Positions 60,459 to 61,874 of a DNA stretch of 61,874 nt are shown piece by piece (positions within the stretch are counted from its first letter, which is position 1; each line of letters starts with the position of its first letter). The stretch is taken from contig JAUNLB010000001.1 in NCBI GenBank assembly GCA_030532485.1, positions 1 through 61,874 of the forward strand, in the 5' to 3' direction. The notes under the pieces are model-generated. The model ran no database searches. It was not told the DNA's origin and was given only the letters and a program-made list of their open reading frames with translations. This DNA is from Pseudoclavibacter sp. (GTDB taxonomy: Bacteria; Actinomycetota; Actinomycetes; Actinomycetales; Microbacteriaceae). A program made the position numbers and the translations under genes.

Positions 60459-61862
60459 TCAGGCGTGCCGGTTCGCGCCCTGCCGCAGCCGGGCGGTGAG
60501 CTCGGCGACGTGGTTGTAGACGTCGCGCCGCTCCTGGATGAGCTTGGTGATGCGCTTGTTCGCGTAGATGACCGTGGTGTGGTCCCGGCCGTTGAACAGC
60601 TCGCCGATCTTGGGCAGCGAGAGGTTCGTCATTTCGCGACACAGGTACATGGCGATGTGCCTGCTCTGCGAGATGGGGGCGGATCGGGAGGCTCCCAGCA
60701 GATCGTCCACGGACTGGCCGAAGTACTGGGCGGTCGTGCTGATGATGTCGTGCGGGGAGATGAACGAGGACTCCTCGTCGCTGCCGAGGTCTTTCAGCAC
60801 CGAGCGGGCCAGGGCGAGATCGGCGGGGACCCGGTTGAGTCCCGCGAAGGCCGTGACCCGGATGAGCGCTCCTTCGAGCTCCCGGATCGAGGAGGTCGCC
60901 CGTTCGGCGATGTAGAGCACGGCGTCGTCGTGCACCTCGAGCCGCTCGCGCTTGGCCTTGTTGCGCAGGATCGCGATGCGGGTCTCCAGTTCCGGGGACT
61001 GCACATCGGTGATGAGCCCCGATTCGAAGCGCGTCCGCATGCGGTCCTCGAAGCCGGTGAGCTGCTTGGGGTGCAGATCGGAGGTGATGACGATCTGCTT
61101 GTTCTGCCCGTACAGGGAGTTGAAGGTGTGGAAGAACGCCTCCTGCGTCGAGTCGCGCCCCTGTAGGAACTGGATGTCGTCGATGAGCAGGATGTCGGTG
61201 GTCCGGTAGCGCCCCTGGAACTCGTGCCCCCGGTTGTTCGCGATGGCGTTGATGAAGTCGTTCGTGAACTCCTCGCTGGAGCTGTACTTCACCTGGATGC
61301 CGGGGTACATGCTCTCGGCGTAGTGGCCGATCGCGTGCAGCAGATGGGTCTTGCCCAGGCCCGAGTCGCCGTGGATGAACAGGGGGTTGTACGAGCGGGC
61401 GGGTGCCTCGGCGACCGCGATGGCCGCGGCGTGGGCGAAGCGGTTGGAGGCGCCGGTGACGAAGGTCTCGAAGGTGTAGCGCGGGTTCAGCTTCGACTCG
61501 CCGCCGGCGCCGTCGCTCGGGATCCCGCCGTCCGGTTTCGGCGGGCTGGGCACAGGGGCCGGCAGCAGGCTCTCCACCGGATCCGGGGCGAGCGCGGGCT
61601 CGGGCTCCATGTCCGGGTTGACCAGCACGCCGAAGTTGGTCACGTGCTCGCCGACTCTGGCCAGCGCCCGCAGGATGTCGTTGCGGTTGCTGGCCTCGAG
61701 GGTGCGGCGGGCGAGCTCGTTGGGAACCTCCAGCAGGATCATGTCGTTGACGATCCCGGTGGGGCGGGCGACGCCGAAGAAGCCGTGGGCGGAGGGGCGG
61801 ACGGTCTCGTCGGCGCGCAGCAGGGCGAGCACCTCGTGCCACAGAGCGTCGGCATCGGCCAC
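60459..61862 (-). CDS. dnaA: Chromosomal replication initiator DnaA
   Basis: YNPLFIHGDSGLGKTHL, LLIDDIQF, RELEGAL, RDHTTV. Confidence 0.98.
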   Translation of the reverse strand: MADADALWHEVLALLRADETVRPSAHGFFGVARPTGIVNDMILLEVPNELARRTLEASNRNDILRALARVGEHVTNFGVLVNPDMEPEPALAPDPVESLLPAPVPSPPKPDGGIPSDGAGGESKLNPRYTFETFVTGASNRFAHAAAIAVAEAPARSYNPLFIHGDSGLGKTHLLHAIGHYAESMYPGIQVKYSSSEEFTNDFINAIANNRGHEFQGRYRTTDILLIDDIQFLQGRDSTQEAFFHTFNSLYGQNKQIVITSDLHPKQLTGFEDRMRTRFESGLITDVQSPELETRIAILRNKAKRERLEVHDDAVLYIAERATSSIRELEGALIRVTAFAGLNRVPADLALARSVLKDLGSDEESSFISPHDIISTTAQYFGQSVDDLLGASRSAPISQSRHIAMYLCREMTNLSLPKIGELFNGRDHTTVIYANKRITKLIQERRDVYNHVAELTARLRQGANRHA

Positions 61863-61874
61863 GGTCTCGACGCT

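Overview
High-GC actinobacterial chromosome segment, with gene content and order typical of Micrococcales/Microbacteriaceae. The right end is the replication origin block on the minus strand: dnaA, oriC, dnaN, recF, dciA-like, gyrB, gyrA, DUF3566, then tRNA-Ile and tRNA-Ala. The middle holds the conserved division/signalling cluster (tRNA-Leu, fhaA, fhaB, pstP, rodA, pbpA, pknA, pknB, class E sortase, crgA, rhomboid, ppiA), metQNI, a RamA-like regulator with an acyl-CoA ligase/DUF485/actP module, and a GH65 + beta-PGM pair. There are two accessory zones. Zone 1 (1-15.6 kb) has RecQ behind a PafBC-like promoter, an uncharacterised 673-aa protein (tandem S1-like domains, coiled coil, RelE-like C-terminus), a class II Fic, a DEDDh-BRCT exonuclease, a WXG100-like/DUF1023 lipase pair, and a Sec-signal beta-helix protein with a proteobacterial-type RTX tail. 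Zone 2 (44.6-51.6 kb) has a type II R-M pair, a Pro/Gly-rich surface protein, and eroded photolyase and M48 peptidase genes. The best candidates for new biology are the S1-S1-coiled-coil-RelE-like protein, the RTX beta-helix protein in a monoderm, and crgA flanked by a symmetric leaderless bidirectional promoter and a second DnaA-box cluster. All family calls come from motif recognition by eye; no searches were run.
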